DNA from: Klebsormidium nitens
Lineage: Eukaryota; Plantae; Klebsormidiophyceae
DNA: 59,215 nt
Assembly (NCBI GenBank): GCA_000708835.1
Contig: DF237494.1
Span: forward strand, 1 to 59,215
Direction of reading: 5' to 3'
Part shown: positions 25,001 to 37,396 of the stretch, in pieces
Position numbering within the stretch: position 1 is the first letter of the stretch
Layout of the letters: the number at the start of each line of letters is the position of its first letter
Translations under genes and position numbers: made by a program
The notes under the pieces: model-generated
What the model saw: the letters and a program-made list of their open reading frames with translations, nothing else
Databases searched by the model: none
Told to the model about the DNA's origin: nothing

Positions 25001-26840
25001 CTTGCACTCCAGCAGCTGACCCGGCTGCGGCGTCGCTTGGCGTGCAGTTTGGAGTGGTGGTGCATGCAGCTGATCACCATCTTGTCGGGCCTGCTCCCCG
25101 ACCCCGAGGTCCAGGTGTCCGCCATGACCATCTGCTTCAACACCGCCGCGCTCTGCTTCATGCTGCCCCTCGGCCTCTCCACCGCCGTCAGGTCAGCGCC
25201 CGCGCACTGCTCACCGAAGATTGAGTTGTTGGCAATTCCGTGCAAGGTTGGTCGGCATTGCATTGTCCACTGCGGTGATGCATTGCCAACAAGTCCTAGC
25301 TTTCTACGATTGGGGCTGATCCGTGCGACCGTCTTTGATAGAGCTCCGTATTTGCTGATATTGGATTACGTATCTCGGATATGCACCGGCGCTCTCTTTA
25401 TGTTTTAGTTTCTTCGTGGTTGCACCACCTTTTTCGGTGTACTGCCGGCAACCAGTCATGCTCAATCTATGTCGAAGTGAACTGCTCAGCAGACTGCTTC
25501 AGGCCCTCGTATTCTGAGGTCTTTGGATACCATCGTAATAATAGTTGAGAAAATCTGATGCAGGAGTCGCCTGATTAGTACATGAAAGAATTGGAAGAGA
25601 ACAGCGTGACAAGGGCCGTCCCCTTTCTGGCCACTTTTCTTGTTCACCAGAATGCTTGCCGAAGCCAGCTCGTGTTTGTATGCAGCGTGCGCGTGAGCAA
25701 CGAGCTGGGCGCGGGCAAGCCGGGGCGCGCGCGGCTGGCGGTGCAGACGAGCATGAGCATCGCGCTGGTGCTCGGGGTGGTTCTGGCAGGCATCCTGCTC
25801 GCGCTGCGCAACAAGTGGGCGCTCGTGTTTGCGGACCCGCGCGAGGTGCACCTCATCGCGCTCGTGGCCAAGATCATGCCGCTCCTAGTTGTCTCCCAGT
25901 TCGGGGTGGGACTGCAGGCCATTCTCTCAGGTGAGAGGGGTGGATAACGGCTTTTAGTAGGTGCTACGCTTGTCTTCGTTGATGGGTTCGTACTACTACA
26001 ATCAGTACCTCTCGAATGCGTTTGCGCGCAAGTAGAGAGCGATCTGATGGAAGGCTACTCGATCGTCCCACAAAGTGCGTAGAGAATGCTGTGTATCTTT
26101 TGGTGGATGGCCGCTCACCAAACGCACGGGACTTGACTCCTGCTGTCGTCAGCTAGCCGGCGGTGGCATCAACGTCAAACAACGCACTTCGATCTGACGT
26201 AAAGGAATTTCTATTCTCAAATCTGAAGTTGTAGACCGATTGGTTCTTCACAAAGTGCTGGTGACACTCAAGTCTGAAGCCTGCCGGTTCTCCAGGTGTC
26301 CTGCGCGGCTCCGGGCAGCAGTTCGTGGGGTCGGTGATCAACTTCGTGAGCTACTACGGCATCGCGGTGCCGGCCATGGTGTTGTTCGCCTTCCGCCTGG
26401 ACCTGCGGTTGCAGGGCCTCTGGTTCGGCCTCATGCTGGGCGTGGGCCTGCAGACGCTCATGCTGCTCATCCTCACCTGCCGCACGGACTGGAGCCTTCA
26501 GGTGTGCGCCGCCACCTCGCAACCCTTTCTTCGAGCGGCTTGGCGTTATCGTTGTCCGCTTCGTACTCTTTACATTCCTGCAGCTTGAGCTTCTTCGCCG
26601 TCCACTTTGTTGAAAGGGAACGCGACTCTGTCGACGGGCAACTGCTGCTCTGCTCCCCTGACGTTGTCCTCTATCTAGATGACTGGCGATGTCATTGCTT
26701 CGCGCTATGTTCTATTTGTAATCAAGCATTGCGTACGCTGCGGAGCTGATGAAGTTGGCCATTTGTGCGCGCAGGCCGACCGAGCTAGAAAACGAGTAGA
26801 AGCCATAGCGCGAGACCGGTATAGCCCTGTATTGTGTTGA
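22086..26840 (+). CDS. MATE (DTX) efflux transporter, ~532 aa, 8 exons
   Basis: Exons 22086-22472, 22992-23267, 23710-23825, 24168-24326, 25048-25191, 25686-25930, 26296-26501, 26775-26840. Motifs: FVGHLGAKELAAGAL, FCGQAFGA, CLEWW, SVRVSNELGAGKP, GVLRGSGQQ, GLQGLWFG-like segment, RTDW. Confidence 0.95.
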
Positions 26841-28209
26841 CAGCAGTGGGCTCTGGCCATCACTTCCTCCAGCGTAGCTAGTCAGGCACGCAGTCGATCA
26901 GTCCAGGCATAAATGATGTCATACTTTGATCACGGAAGGTACAACCAACTCGGGGCCTTGTGCGGAATGGTGCGTCATTGGGGCTCAATGTTGAGCAACG
27001 TATATTGTAATATAGATCTTACAAATTTGGATCGGGTAACTGTGACACGGGTCCATTTGCAGTACAGTCTGTGCACTGAGCAGAGCTGAACGTGAGGCAG
27101 ACGATTTGCGGCATGATCTGCTGGACTTAGCATAATTCGTAATTCCATGCTCGACAACTGAAAAGCTGTGACGTCGAATCGTGCATGCAGGGCCTGTCGA
27201 CATGGCCTGCACGCAAATGCCACTCACGCGCATGCGATGCAAATGACATATATAGGATTGCGAGCTTCATGCTACCGCTACATGCCCTGCAATCACGCAT
27301 GGCACATGCCGCCTCAGAGCTCATGTGTGCGCGTGACTTACTGTCAATGCAATTGCCCGCGCGCGCTATAGCAACTTGGGCCGGCCATGACGGCCCTTAC
27401 CCTATATAAATGAGCCTCATGTTAATGATATATAGCCGGGACGACATACCTTATCGGTTGATGATCTTCTCCGACATCACTAGACTCAAATATAGGACTT
27501 CTGTTGACCGCGGTGTCACTGAGACGGTCACTCATTGCTACATATACTAATGATTCTTAAAAAGCGGCCAGATCTTCCGACGGTAACACATACGGTATAC
27601 CCGGCGCCCATATGTGTGCGGGGTCCATGCATGGTCATACTATCTAGATTCGACATCATGCAACGTAGGTACCGGATGGCACCCTAAACCTGAGTAGCTG
27701 CACGCCTCAGGCCCCACGTTCCGCTTTGACCTGCACAGAAAGACATCACGACGCCCGGCAAGCTGATGGGGTCAGCCTAGTGGCTCAACTATGATACCGA
27801 CTATATCATCCTAGCTGGAATGCTACGGCCCAAGAATCGTATGTACTTCCAGTCCAGTTGCTTTTATAGCAGCACTCCTTTACTGGATCCTATCTAGGAT
27901 TACAGGCCCCGTCACTGCGAGCTGATGTTTCCTACTTCAAGTATGTACATAGCCTAGTAGAGTACAGATATTTAACGTCATATCCGACCGCCGTACTTCC
28001 ATTGACAAGTCCGCTTCATGATCTTCAAGTTTCTCGGATTTGTGAGCACGTCACAAAACATGTCGGCCTGCAATGCAAAGACAATATTTCAAAAAAAATC
28101 GGTCAACACCACTAGATTTGAGTCAGATTATCCATCACATGGCGGCCCTATGACAGGCCCCTTTTGAGTCCTGACAAGGCGAACCTGTTGGGAAGATGCT
28201 TGGAGGAAG

Positions 28210-30164
28210 CTACTGGAAATGCCATTGACCAGGCAGTGAAATATATCCACGTCTAGGTTGGCAAGCAACTTCACGACAAATCATTTCAAACGAGCAGAAC
28301 GCAGCAGCCTACATTGCAAAGGACTTTTTGAATCGCAATTCCAACGGCGGAAGTGCCAAAAGTGCTTGGAAGGAACAACAATCATGACTTACGATGAACT
28401 CATGCGGTATAAGCTCGATAAGGTCGACCGTCCCTGTGAAGCGCGCCGCGATGTCCATCTCGACCGCCCGGTTCTCCCAGTCCCTCAGGAGCGCAAAGGA
28501 CATGCCGAAAGTGCTGAGGCCGTTCAGCTGGGCGGGAACGATGATGAGCGTGCTGCTGGCCGCAGCCTGCTGCCCAGGGGGGAGGAGCGCCTCGCCCAAC
28601 TTCTTCTCCTGCAAACCGAAATCAGAGTCGCTCAGGGCCAAAAGCTGGAAGGAACAGAGGCGTCTAAGAAGACAGACCATGATCAGAGTCGTGCAGGCCT
28701 GAAGCCGGAAGGGATAGAGGCGTCTAAGAAGACATACTGGGATCCTGTAGAAGGTCAACTGGGGCTTTGGATGGAAAATTTCACTAAGACCTGGTCAAAC
28801 CACCGAAGCATTCAACTCTCCCACTGGGGCACGAACAGAGGAAAACCGTAGAAGAGAGGCGGCCTTGTGCGAGTGACGCGCATTGAGCAAACAGAGGAGT
28901 ACACACCTACCTTGTAGATGATGTCTAGGCTGCTCGCCTCATAATGCACCCCCACCTTGTTGGGATTCTTTACCAGCACTTTGACCATAAGGTCAATGTC
29001 AAGTACGAGTCTCCTCCCGAAGATGGTCGGGTCGTTCTCATCCGCTGTCTCTAGCGCTTTCCCCCATGCCTCTTTCTCGGTTTCGTTCAAAGCTTCCCAA
29101 CCTAACAAGTCTTGCGCAACAGTAAGTACGCTCCTGATACTGGTGTCAGCCACTGATTCCGAAGCTCTTATAGACCTGTCAGCGTCTTCTAAGAACCTTC
29201 TTCCGTCTTCTTCCGTTTCCTGTGCCCTCTCTTCCGCCACCACGTAAGGTTGTCGTCTCGAGTCCACTATAGAACCGTCAAGAGCGGACTCGTTCGCCCA
29301 GTCCGATGGGTACATTCCCACAGTCGAGTCTCTCTCCCATCTGAGCTGAAACTTTGTGAAGCGTACATCCACCAGATCAAAGTCAGGATTCCTGCAGGCA
29401 AGTCCCTAGCTCAGCTCAATGGACAATATGACAGCAAGCCCTGGAAAGTGTGAGGATGATAAGAGTGGGGTGGTGCTGGCATCATTCAAGATGTTTCGTA
29501 GATTTCAAGAGCGACATGCTTGAAGTAGTTGATCAAGCACCCAATCTGACCAAGTTGAACAGACCGTTGCACCTCATACGATCTTCTTGAATACTGCAAC
29601 CTTCAAGAAGCACGGCCTCCATTGTGTGTAACCGCATACTGCGGGGAGACCCTAACAAACGGCATAGCCAAAGAAACAGGCTTGACAATGAAAAACACTG
29701 CCTACACAAACCCTCCCCCCAAAAGTGGCTCACCTGGGATAAAACGACACGGCAAGGAAACCCAGAGCCAGGGCGAGGGTGATGTACACGGAAGAGATGA
29801 GAAGCGCTTGGCAAGACCTTCCCCAAAGGCATGCCGCTCGGCGCCGGTGCCGCCTCCTACGCGAAAACCTGCTGTCCCAATGCGACTCTGATCCTGGGTA
29901 AGTCTCAAACAGTCCCTCCTCAGGTTGCCACCCGCTTTCCATCTCGCCTGGGTCAACAGCACCACTGCCTCGGCACAACGGACACTCTGCATGTGCCCCA
30001 TTGTCCATCTCATCATCTGAAGTCGAGCCAGGCTCCTCAGGCTCCTCCTCAATCTCCTCAACGCGCACCTGCGCAGCATCTGGCTGCATTGTCGACAAAC
30101 TTTCGGCAGCCATGAACTTATGCGCTGTTTCCCCTCGGGTTACATGGACCTTCGACTCAGCCAT
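28210..30164 (-). CDS. LEA_2 (NDR1/HIN1-like) domain type II membrane protein, ~420 aa
   Basis: Exons 30164-29734, 29391-28911, 28644-28393 and probably 28308-28210 (last exon uncertain). Acidic N-terminus, one TM helix (ALLISSVYITLALALGFLAVSFYP), then RNPDFDLVDVRF, VLVKNPNKVGVHY and LGEALLPPGQQ, which match the LEA_2 pattern. Confidence 0.8.
28621..28734. repeat. ~60-bp tandem duplication spanning the intron 2/exon 3 junction of the LEA_2 gene
   Basis: atcagagtcg...agaggcgtctaagaagaca at 28621-28674 and 28682-28734. Confidence 0.9.
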
Positions 30165-30180
30165 CACATTGCACCTAGCC

Positions 30181-30211
30181 GGCCCAAGTGGCGGCAGCGC
30201 TAGAAACCCTA
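30181..30211. promoter_or_regulatory. Site II (GGCCCA) plus telo-box-like AAACCCTA in the LEA_2/ferrochelatase divergent promoter
   Basis: GGCCCA at 30181-30186 and AAACCCTAG from 30204, just upstream of the LEA_2 ATG. Confidence 0.4.
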
Positions 30212-30954
30212 GAAACCAAGTACCCCGGTACCTGTGTGGGGAGAGAAGCTGCATGGCACAAGTTGGCACGACGCATCGATCCAGCTGAAGTTCAAGACTG
30301 CTTTCGTAAGACTTTAGAGAACTTTCAGGCGTCGATGCTATCAAAGTTGACAACGGACGATTGATGTCGAATTTGATGAGTCACTAGGGCAGAGTTGGTC
30401 GCCTGATGTGCTGGAGATCGACCACGCCGCCTTGGAGACTCAATTTCCCAGCCGTCGATGGAATATTAAAGAAACTCTCGATCACTCTACCCCGTCGAGA
30501 TGAACCAGACATTGTTCTGAGGAGAGTTGCTGCCTAGAATGCCAAGCCCTTCCTTGCAGTGCCAGTGGCTTTTCTTGCAAGTCGCAAGGCAGCCAGCACT
30601 CGAGCCAGTTTGTCGTCTCCTGTTGGGAAATAGGGCAAGCGTGTCTGAGGATCGTGAATGGGGCGCCTTTGCAAAGGTGTTTCTCCTGATAGATCCATTA
30701 GTGCCCGTGGCCATCGATTCAGGCAACGAGACTGCACCTGGTTTGTGGTACATAAGGGCAATGCTGCTAGCTGGGTGGCGGAAGACTGTGTAAAGTTGCC
30801 AAGTGATTAGCCACCCTCCAACTAAGTCGGCAGGACAGTTGGCTATTTAGATAGTTCTAGCGTAGTGAACAGGTGGGGGACAATTTGCCCTTTTGTTGGT
30901 TCAACGACAGGTATTTCAGGCACCACAGGTGAAAGCATCGAAGTTGGTGCTGTG

Positions 30955-33900
30955 ATGGATGCTGCTGCTGTGGCTCGTTCGCACCACTGCCTCTGCGGGG
31001 GCCCGACGGCCACAGGAAAACCCCAGAGACTGCAGAGCGCAGGTCAGCAAGGCTATACATGCAGGTTGATGGGATGGCCGTAGAAGCATTGCGTGGTTGG
31101 GTTGTTGGTGCGTTGAGTTGTGTTGTGCCGTAGAAGTATTGTGGAGTTTCAAGGTTGCCACTCAGCCAACCACAACAGCGCATTCGCTTATTGCATCGTC
31201 ACTTGATGCGTGCTTCCACTTTTGAGCTGGTCTGTTTCTGAAAGTGTTCTGCCATGCATGCCATCTCCCTTGCTGCTGCTGTTTGATTTGAGTGAGCACT
31301 TTCTTTCATGGGTGGAAGATGTCAAGCGACACCGCCACATCGAGCAGGATCAGCATTGATATGATTGAGGGTGTTGGTCTGAGTCGAAGTTTGTGATCCA
31401 TCGAGTCTTGTGACCAGTGAATAGCAACGACTTCTGTGGCAAGCAATGCCATCGGCAGATGGGCTTCGATTCTGCATTTTGGACCAGACTTCAAAGCTGT
31501 TGATTTGAGATTCAGCCACAACGATTTGTTTGAGATGCTTTGGAAATTTCCATGTCACGACTCCGAGCAAATATGGACTTGGTGTTGCCTGCTTACTTCC
31601 AAGTACATTGAGTTAGGGTTTTGGCACATTGAACACCTCAGCTGTCTGGTCAGGCTTTGTGTAAAGTGTTCGCTGACATGCCCGTAATCCCTTTTTGCAG
31701 AATGTCACACAACCAGTTTTACTTTGAGTCCAGTGTCCCGGCAATTTTGCCGAAAGCAACATCGGTGGTTGCAACAGAAGCAGCAGAGGTTAGATTCCAG
31801 GCGAAGACCACAACCCAGTGGTAGTTTGGCAAGCAGGGGCAGCCAAGCTGACCTCCAGGCGTTCTTGTCAGACATTGGGAGAATAGAGAGATCGAGGGGC
31901 AGGCGAGTGCCACCTATTTCTTCGGAAACTGCAGACCGAGGGGGTTATGACAGTACACGGTCCAGAACATCACGATGGCAGGGGTCAGCAGCTGCGTCTC
32001 TTGCTTCGATGGCGCCTACGGCCCCTCAGGCGCCTGTTGCTCCCGAAGGGAATGCCGTCCAAGAAGCCACAGAGCGCGTCGGAGTGTTATTACTTAATCT
32101 AGGGGGCCCGGAGACTCTCGATGACGTGCAACCTTTCCTGTTCAACCTCTTTGCAGATCCTGTAAGTGCTTCCCTCTCTGGTTCAACTCCTGAAGATCAG
32201 TTGCATTGCAGTTGTTACTCTCATGAAACAAGATTTCCTCCTTGCTTATTCACTGCCCCCTTTTCTGGTGGGGCATCCTATATGCGGATATTTCCAATCC
32301 AGCTTGTGGGGTCCTTCAGAAATAGACGGTGCTGCTTGCTGAAAGGTTGTTCTTTACTTTTCGATGCAGGATATTATCCGCCTGCCTCGCAACCTCCGCT
32401 TTCTGCAGCGCCCGCTGGCGCAATTCATCTCTTCCGTGCGTGCACCCAAGAGTGCCGAAGGCTACGCTGCTATTGGGGGAGGTTCTCCCCTCAGACGAAT
32501 CACGAATGACCAGGCTCAGGCACTACAAGAGAGCCTTGAAAAGAAGGGCTGTCCTGCGCATGTATATGTAGGTAAGGTTTGTGCTGGAACACTGGATCAT
32601 GCCGCTTGCGACGGGTATTGTTATCAGTTGAAATATCGGATGGCCACATTCTAGTATCAGGATGCCAAACAGCCCGCGTTTTACGAGTTAAGGCTTTCTT
32701 CTATCTGGACAGGAGTCTGCACTTCACTACACAGCTTAATACGTCTTTTCGACCTTTGCTCAGGTATGAGGTACTGGCATCCATTCACGGAGGAAGCGAT
32801 CTTCGATGTAAGTCGATCTGGTTCGGATTGCCCCTATTCTTGGCTGCATTCGACCACTCTCACAGCCACTGCTGATACAGGACAGACCGCTAGCAAGTGC
32901 TGCGCTGAATGGAGCTGTAATTGAGGGCAAAGGCCTTTCCTTGAAGAATCGCACTCTCAAATGATTCAGGGCGCTCTTGCGATGTTGGTTTGAGCACGAA
33001 GTGTATCTCAAAACAACTTTCCTGAGTGCGAATAGATACTGCTTCGACTATGCAGATCAAGCAGGATCGGATAACCCGGCTTGTCGTCCTCCCTCTGTAC
33101 CCTCAATTCTCCATCTCCACCAGCGGGTCGAGCTTGCGCCTCCTAGAGCGACTCTTCAGGTGAAGCTTGCTATTACCGCTCACCATCTGTTGTTTCCTCA
33201 AGAGTCGGCCCGACGGACACCTGCTCTTTTGCCAGATTTGGCAAAGCCATCTCGGTCTTATCCCCCGGATCGCTTTCTATCTTCGCTCTAGAACGTTGAC
33301 CAAGTTACAACATTGGCTGAGAAACCATTCTGGTTGGTGAGTCTTAAGTGCTGACTTTCTGGTTGCAGGGAGGACGACTACCTGGTCCAGATGGAGCACA
33401 CGGTCATTCCGTCCTGGTACCAGCGGAGCGGGTACGTGAAGGCGATGGCGAACCTCATCGAAGAGGAGCTGCAAAAGCTGCCAGTGCCAGAAGAGGTGAG
33501 CCTGCGGCTACTTACTGGATTTCACAAAGACGCTCAGTGGTTACTTGGATGACACAAAGGTTTGATGCAAACCTTCGTGTCACTATTATGTCAATACGTT
33601 CGTCACTAACTTGGAAGCTTTTTCGAGGATGTATGAGGATATTCTTTACTCGAGAATCAGTGATAGAGGCGAACACCTCGAGACGACTCTTGTCTTCCCG
33701 CACCACTGTAGGATACGTTGGATTGAAGGGGGCTGCTGGGCGTCAACCGTCATTGTGCGGCCCTGAATTGATTTGGGTCTTCGTTGTTCCCAGGCCCACA
33801 TTTTCTTCAGCGCGCATGGGGTGCCGGTGACCTACGTGGAGGATGCTGGAGATCCGTACAAAGCCGAGATGGAGGAGTGCATCGCATTGATCACGCAGGA

Positions 33901-35676
33901 GCTCGAAGACAGAGGGGTGGACAACAAATACACGCTTGCATATCAAGTGAGCACCTGCATCGGCAATGCTCTGCATTCTTGTTCCTTTGCCTGCGACCTA
34001 CCAACTCTGCTTGGCATGACGCTCGACGAGCAGAATCTTGAGGACTTCGATGTAGACTGTTGATCCTAGTCATCTATGACTGTTTTTGCTGCCCCTTGAT
34101 GGACAAAGACCGGAGCTGTGTTCCGGAGGCTTGGAAGGCATATTTCCACGCACTTTTTCTGCAATTACCCTGCCACCACATCTTTCAAAATTTTATTACT
34201 TTCGCCAACTTCTCGACCTTCCACATGCAGAGTCGAGTCGGACCAGTCGAGTGGTTGAAGCCATATACTGGTGAGGTGATTCTGCCTTTGTCGCTCTTTG
34301 AAGGCAGTGTACAGCTGTCCTTCATGGCGCTTGACTGTGGCAGCCTTCGCAGATATTTCTGCCTGAACCTTCTTCGAGCAAAGATTACAAAGTTGACACA
34401 TTACTTGTTGCAGATGAGACGATCAAGAAGCTGGGCAAGGAGGGAGTAAAGTCGCTACTGGCTGTGCCTATAAGGTAGGTTAATAGGAGCTCTTTCGTTT
34501 CTTTGCTTCTTTCTGCTGACAACCACTTGACTTTCGCTTCGTTGTTGTAATAGTTTGTGCTGACAACCACTCACTTGTTGCTTGGTTGTTGTATTATGAT
34601 CTGTTCCATTAAGTATCGGTTTCGTACAATGGATGTTGGATTGCTATACCAAGCTGAAATCCTTTCGTTCCCGCCACGACTGTAAAGCTTGCTCACACGT
34701 GTTGCCTACCGCCGCAGTTTCGTGAGCGAGCACATTGAGACGCTGGAAGAGATCGACGTGGAGTACCGGGAGCTGGCGCTGGCGTCGGGCATTGTGCACT
34801 GGGGCCGCGTGCCCGCGCTGGGCGTGGAGCCCATGTTCATCGACGACCTGGCAGACGCTGTGCTGGAGGCGCTGCCGTTCGTGGGGGCCATGGCCATGTC
34901 GTCCGTCGATGCTAAGCAGGCAAGGCCATTCAATCTATCATGGAAGCTTTAGTCCACATCAGGATCTTGCTGGGAACGCTTGTGCGGATGCTTTGTACAG
35001 CTTATTTCAATTAGGCTCTATTCCACAGCCAGATGAAACACAAGTCTCAGGACCCCAGCAATCCATCTCGAGCCTCCTATTCCACTTCGATTCGACTGAC
35101 GAGAACAGGCGCCGCTCACATGTTAAATAGGCGCTGTAGTTGAAAAGTTCAGAAGCTTGTACTTCCACATCTGGAAGTAATGTCTGGAATACAGATGCGA
35201 TGAGGTCATTTGCTGACGTCTCTGGTTCCTGGGCAGGCTCTGGTGCCTCTGGGCAGCGTCGAGGAGCTGTTGGCGACGTACGACACGCTGCGGAGGGAGC
35301 TGCCAGCGCCGGTCGCAGTGTGGGAGTGGGGCTGGACGAAATCGGCGGAGACGTGGAACGGGCGAATTGCGATGGTAAGCGACTCTCTCCCTTGCCTTGC
35401 TTTTGCATGGTTTGCATAAGTACAGAGCCGAGCTTGGCACTCGTGCCATGCCGCATCAAAGGTATTGCTCGCCAGCGCAGGTTCTTTCTGCGAACTTGGT
35501 AAGAAGTGTGAGGAGGTGCTTTCTTGTGAGCGCTCTCCACGAGCTTGTCTTTAGGACACGGAACATGTTGGACCTCCTGTTTGCAGATTGCTGTTCTTGC
35601 TCTGCTAATATTGGAAGTCACCACTGGGCAAGGCGTGCTGCACCAATGGGGAATGCTGCCTCCGAAAACCTGGTAG
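30955..35676 (+). CDS. FC2: Plastid ferrochelatase with C-terminal CAB/LHC motif (FC2-type), ~569 aa, 12 exons
   Basis: Exons 30955-31042, 31701-32161, 32370-32571, 32764-32807, 33056-33159, 33369-33495, 33794-33946, 34231-34270, 34414-34474, 34718-34919, 35237-35374, 35587-35676. Motifs: [67 protein letters not shown]; CAB motif [18 protein letters not shown]; transit-peptide-like N-terminus. Confidence 0.97.
34514..34571. repeat. 14-bp direct repeat (tgctgacaaccact x2) in ferrochelatase intron 9
   Basis: Copies at 34514-34527 and 34558-34571; each contains a CTGAC branch-point-like motif. Confidence 0.8.
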
Positions 35677-37396
35677 CTGTCCCAGCGGACAAGTAGAGGT
35701 GAGCAGGCACTTTGAGGCAGCACTGTTTCTGACGACACAGCGGCAGTTCAATTGTCGAGTTGGGGATTCAAGGATCATATGTGGGCATGCTGCATCGCGT
35801 CTCACTCCGCAGACGTGATGTCGCTCTGATTGTGCTTCTTGTGTTCCTGCTGCACCCAAGCTCTTCATCAGAAGGTTGTCAACCAGGCCAGAGACGTCTC
35901 AAAACTTGAATCAAGGTGTTGATGCTGCTTCTTCATAAGTACTTGTCATGGGGAGACGAAAATCCTCGTTGGAATATGTAGGATGAAGCTTGCGCACTTT
36001 TGGCTTGCAGGTCCATGATTCATTTTGTGCGTAGTCTGGGAGGGTGGGACACTAGACATGGCCACGCCTTCTGTGGTTGTACATCAAGGTGCAGCAGGAC
36101 CCGATTTGCAGCTCCCTTCCGCAGAAGTAGCTGCAAGACGTCATTCCAGCATCTGTACGTCGCGCAGATAGGACTGATCACCAAACGGTTTCTCAAAAAG
36201 GTCATGTGCTTCAACAGATTCAAGTTACAGTTGAATTTGACGAGTCTAGGTCTGGTTGGCCGTGAAGCTGCTTTGCATGGATGCAAGACAGTCCTTTCCG
36301 GTCATTGTATCACAATATTGCATGTTGTGTGAAGACTATCCATTTTGCCAAATGCACATGGGCGTTGACCATGTGTCAAATGCTATCGCATGAGATAATA
36401 AATTGTTCCTCTTTGATTCAATGTTCATGACATTGCGTTTGCATGTGTGACAGTATAGCTAGCTTGCCTCAAAAGAACAGCTCTTAACTGCATATATATG
36501 GCGGCAAGCTCATGACGCCCTATGCAGGGCGATCAATACAACGGTCAGGTTGATGAGTTTGTAGATTGTCACTTCAAACAGTGCATGCCGCGGCCGGAGC
36601 ATGGTTATTCGCCTTTGATGAAACTGACAACCTAATTTCACGGATCTTTACCCAGCAAAGACTTGGTCCAAGCTCACAGGGCTTGATAGCAGCCATACAA
36701 CTGCCCAAACCAGCCGTATTCAATGTGGGACCATGGTGTCGCGTTGTTCTCACAGTTCTCCACCAAAGCGGATAAGGGTAAGCTCTTTGATTATTTGTAG
36801 TATAGAATCTGTGCCCACACCAGTACGAGAAGTTCTCTAGAAAAGACAGGCCTGCACTGGAATGAACACCTAGGTGCCGATTCTGCAAACTCAGTGAACT
36901 CAGTGCATGGACAACAGACAGGGCAGTCAAATGAACTGGAATCTGTGATCAGACTACTCTTGGCTCTGGACTTGCCAGACTTCCATATTACGGCAATACG
37001 TACTTGTTTCGACAAGTTGCTCAAACCCCAGAACGCTGCCTGCGAAGGAAGAACAGAGGGTCCCAGTCAGGCTTGCTGACTGCTTATTGTCTGCATTTTC
37101 TCCGTGATTCAATCGTTTGGGGTCTTTTGCAAGGGTCTGATGGTATACTGCAGAAAGAACGTTCTATAAAATGGATGTTACAGATCTCTGCCACACAGGG
37201 CCACACATAAAAACTTGCTCATGCCCATGCTTGTACAGGAAAGTTTCGCTGATTACCAATCTAAAGTCTGCACAAGCAACGTTGCTCCCTGTTCATGAGC
37301 TCAAGGAGGACTTTACTCTGGCATATCAGAGCAGATAGCGATCAGACAGAATGCAAATTAGAAGCATAGGTCCCAACTCACATTTCCGGAGCTTTC

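Noticed and set aside
27439-27522. TGATGA...CTGA, a possible C/D-box snoRNA
   Set aside because: No terminal stem and no rRNA complementarity that I could recognise.
28258-28851. Plus-strand 197-aa ORF, initially suspected to be a retroelement fragment
   Set aside because: Overlaps minus-strand LEA_2 exons with canonical splice sites; no gag/pol motifs.
36020-36286. DVLQLLLRKGAAN, ankyrin-like fragment on the minus strand
   Set aside because: Only half a repeat, no TPLH motif, and no supporting neighbouring exons.
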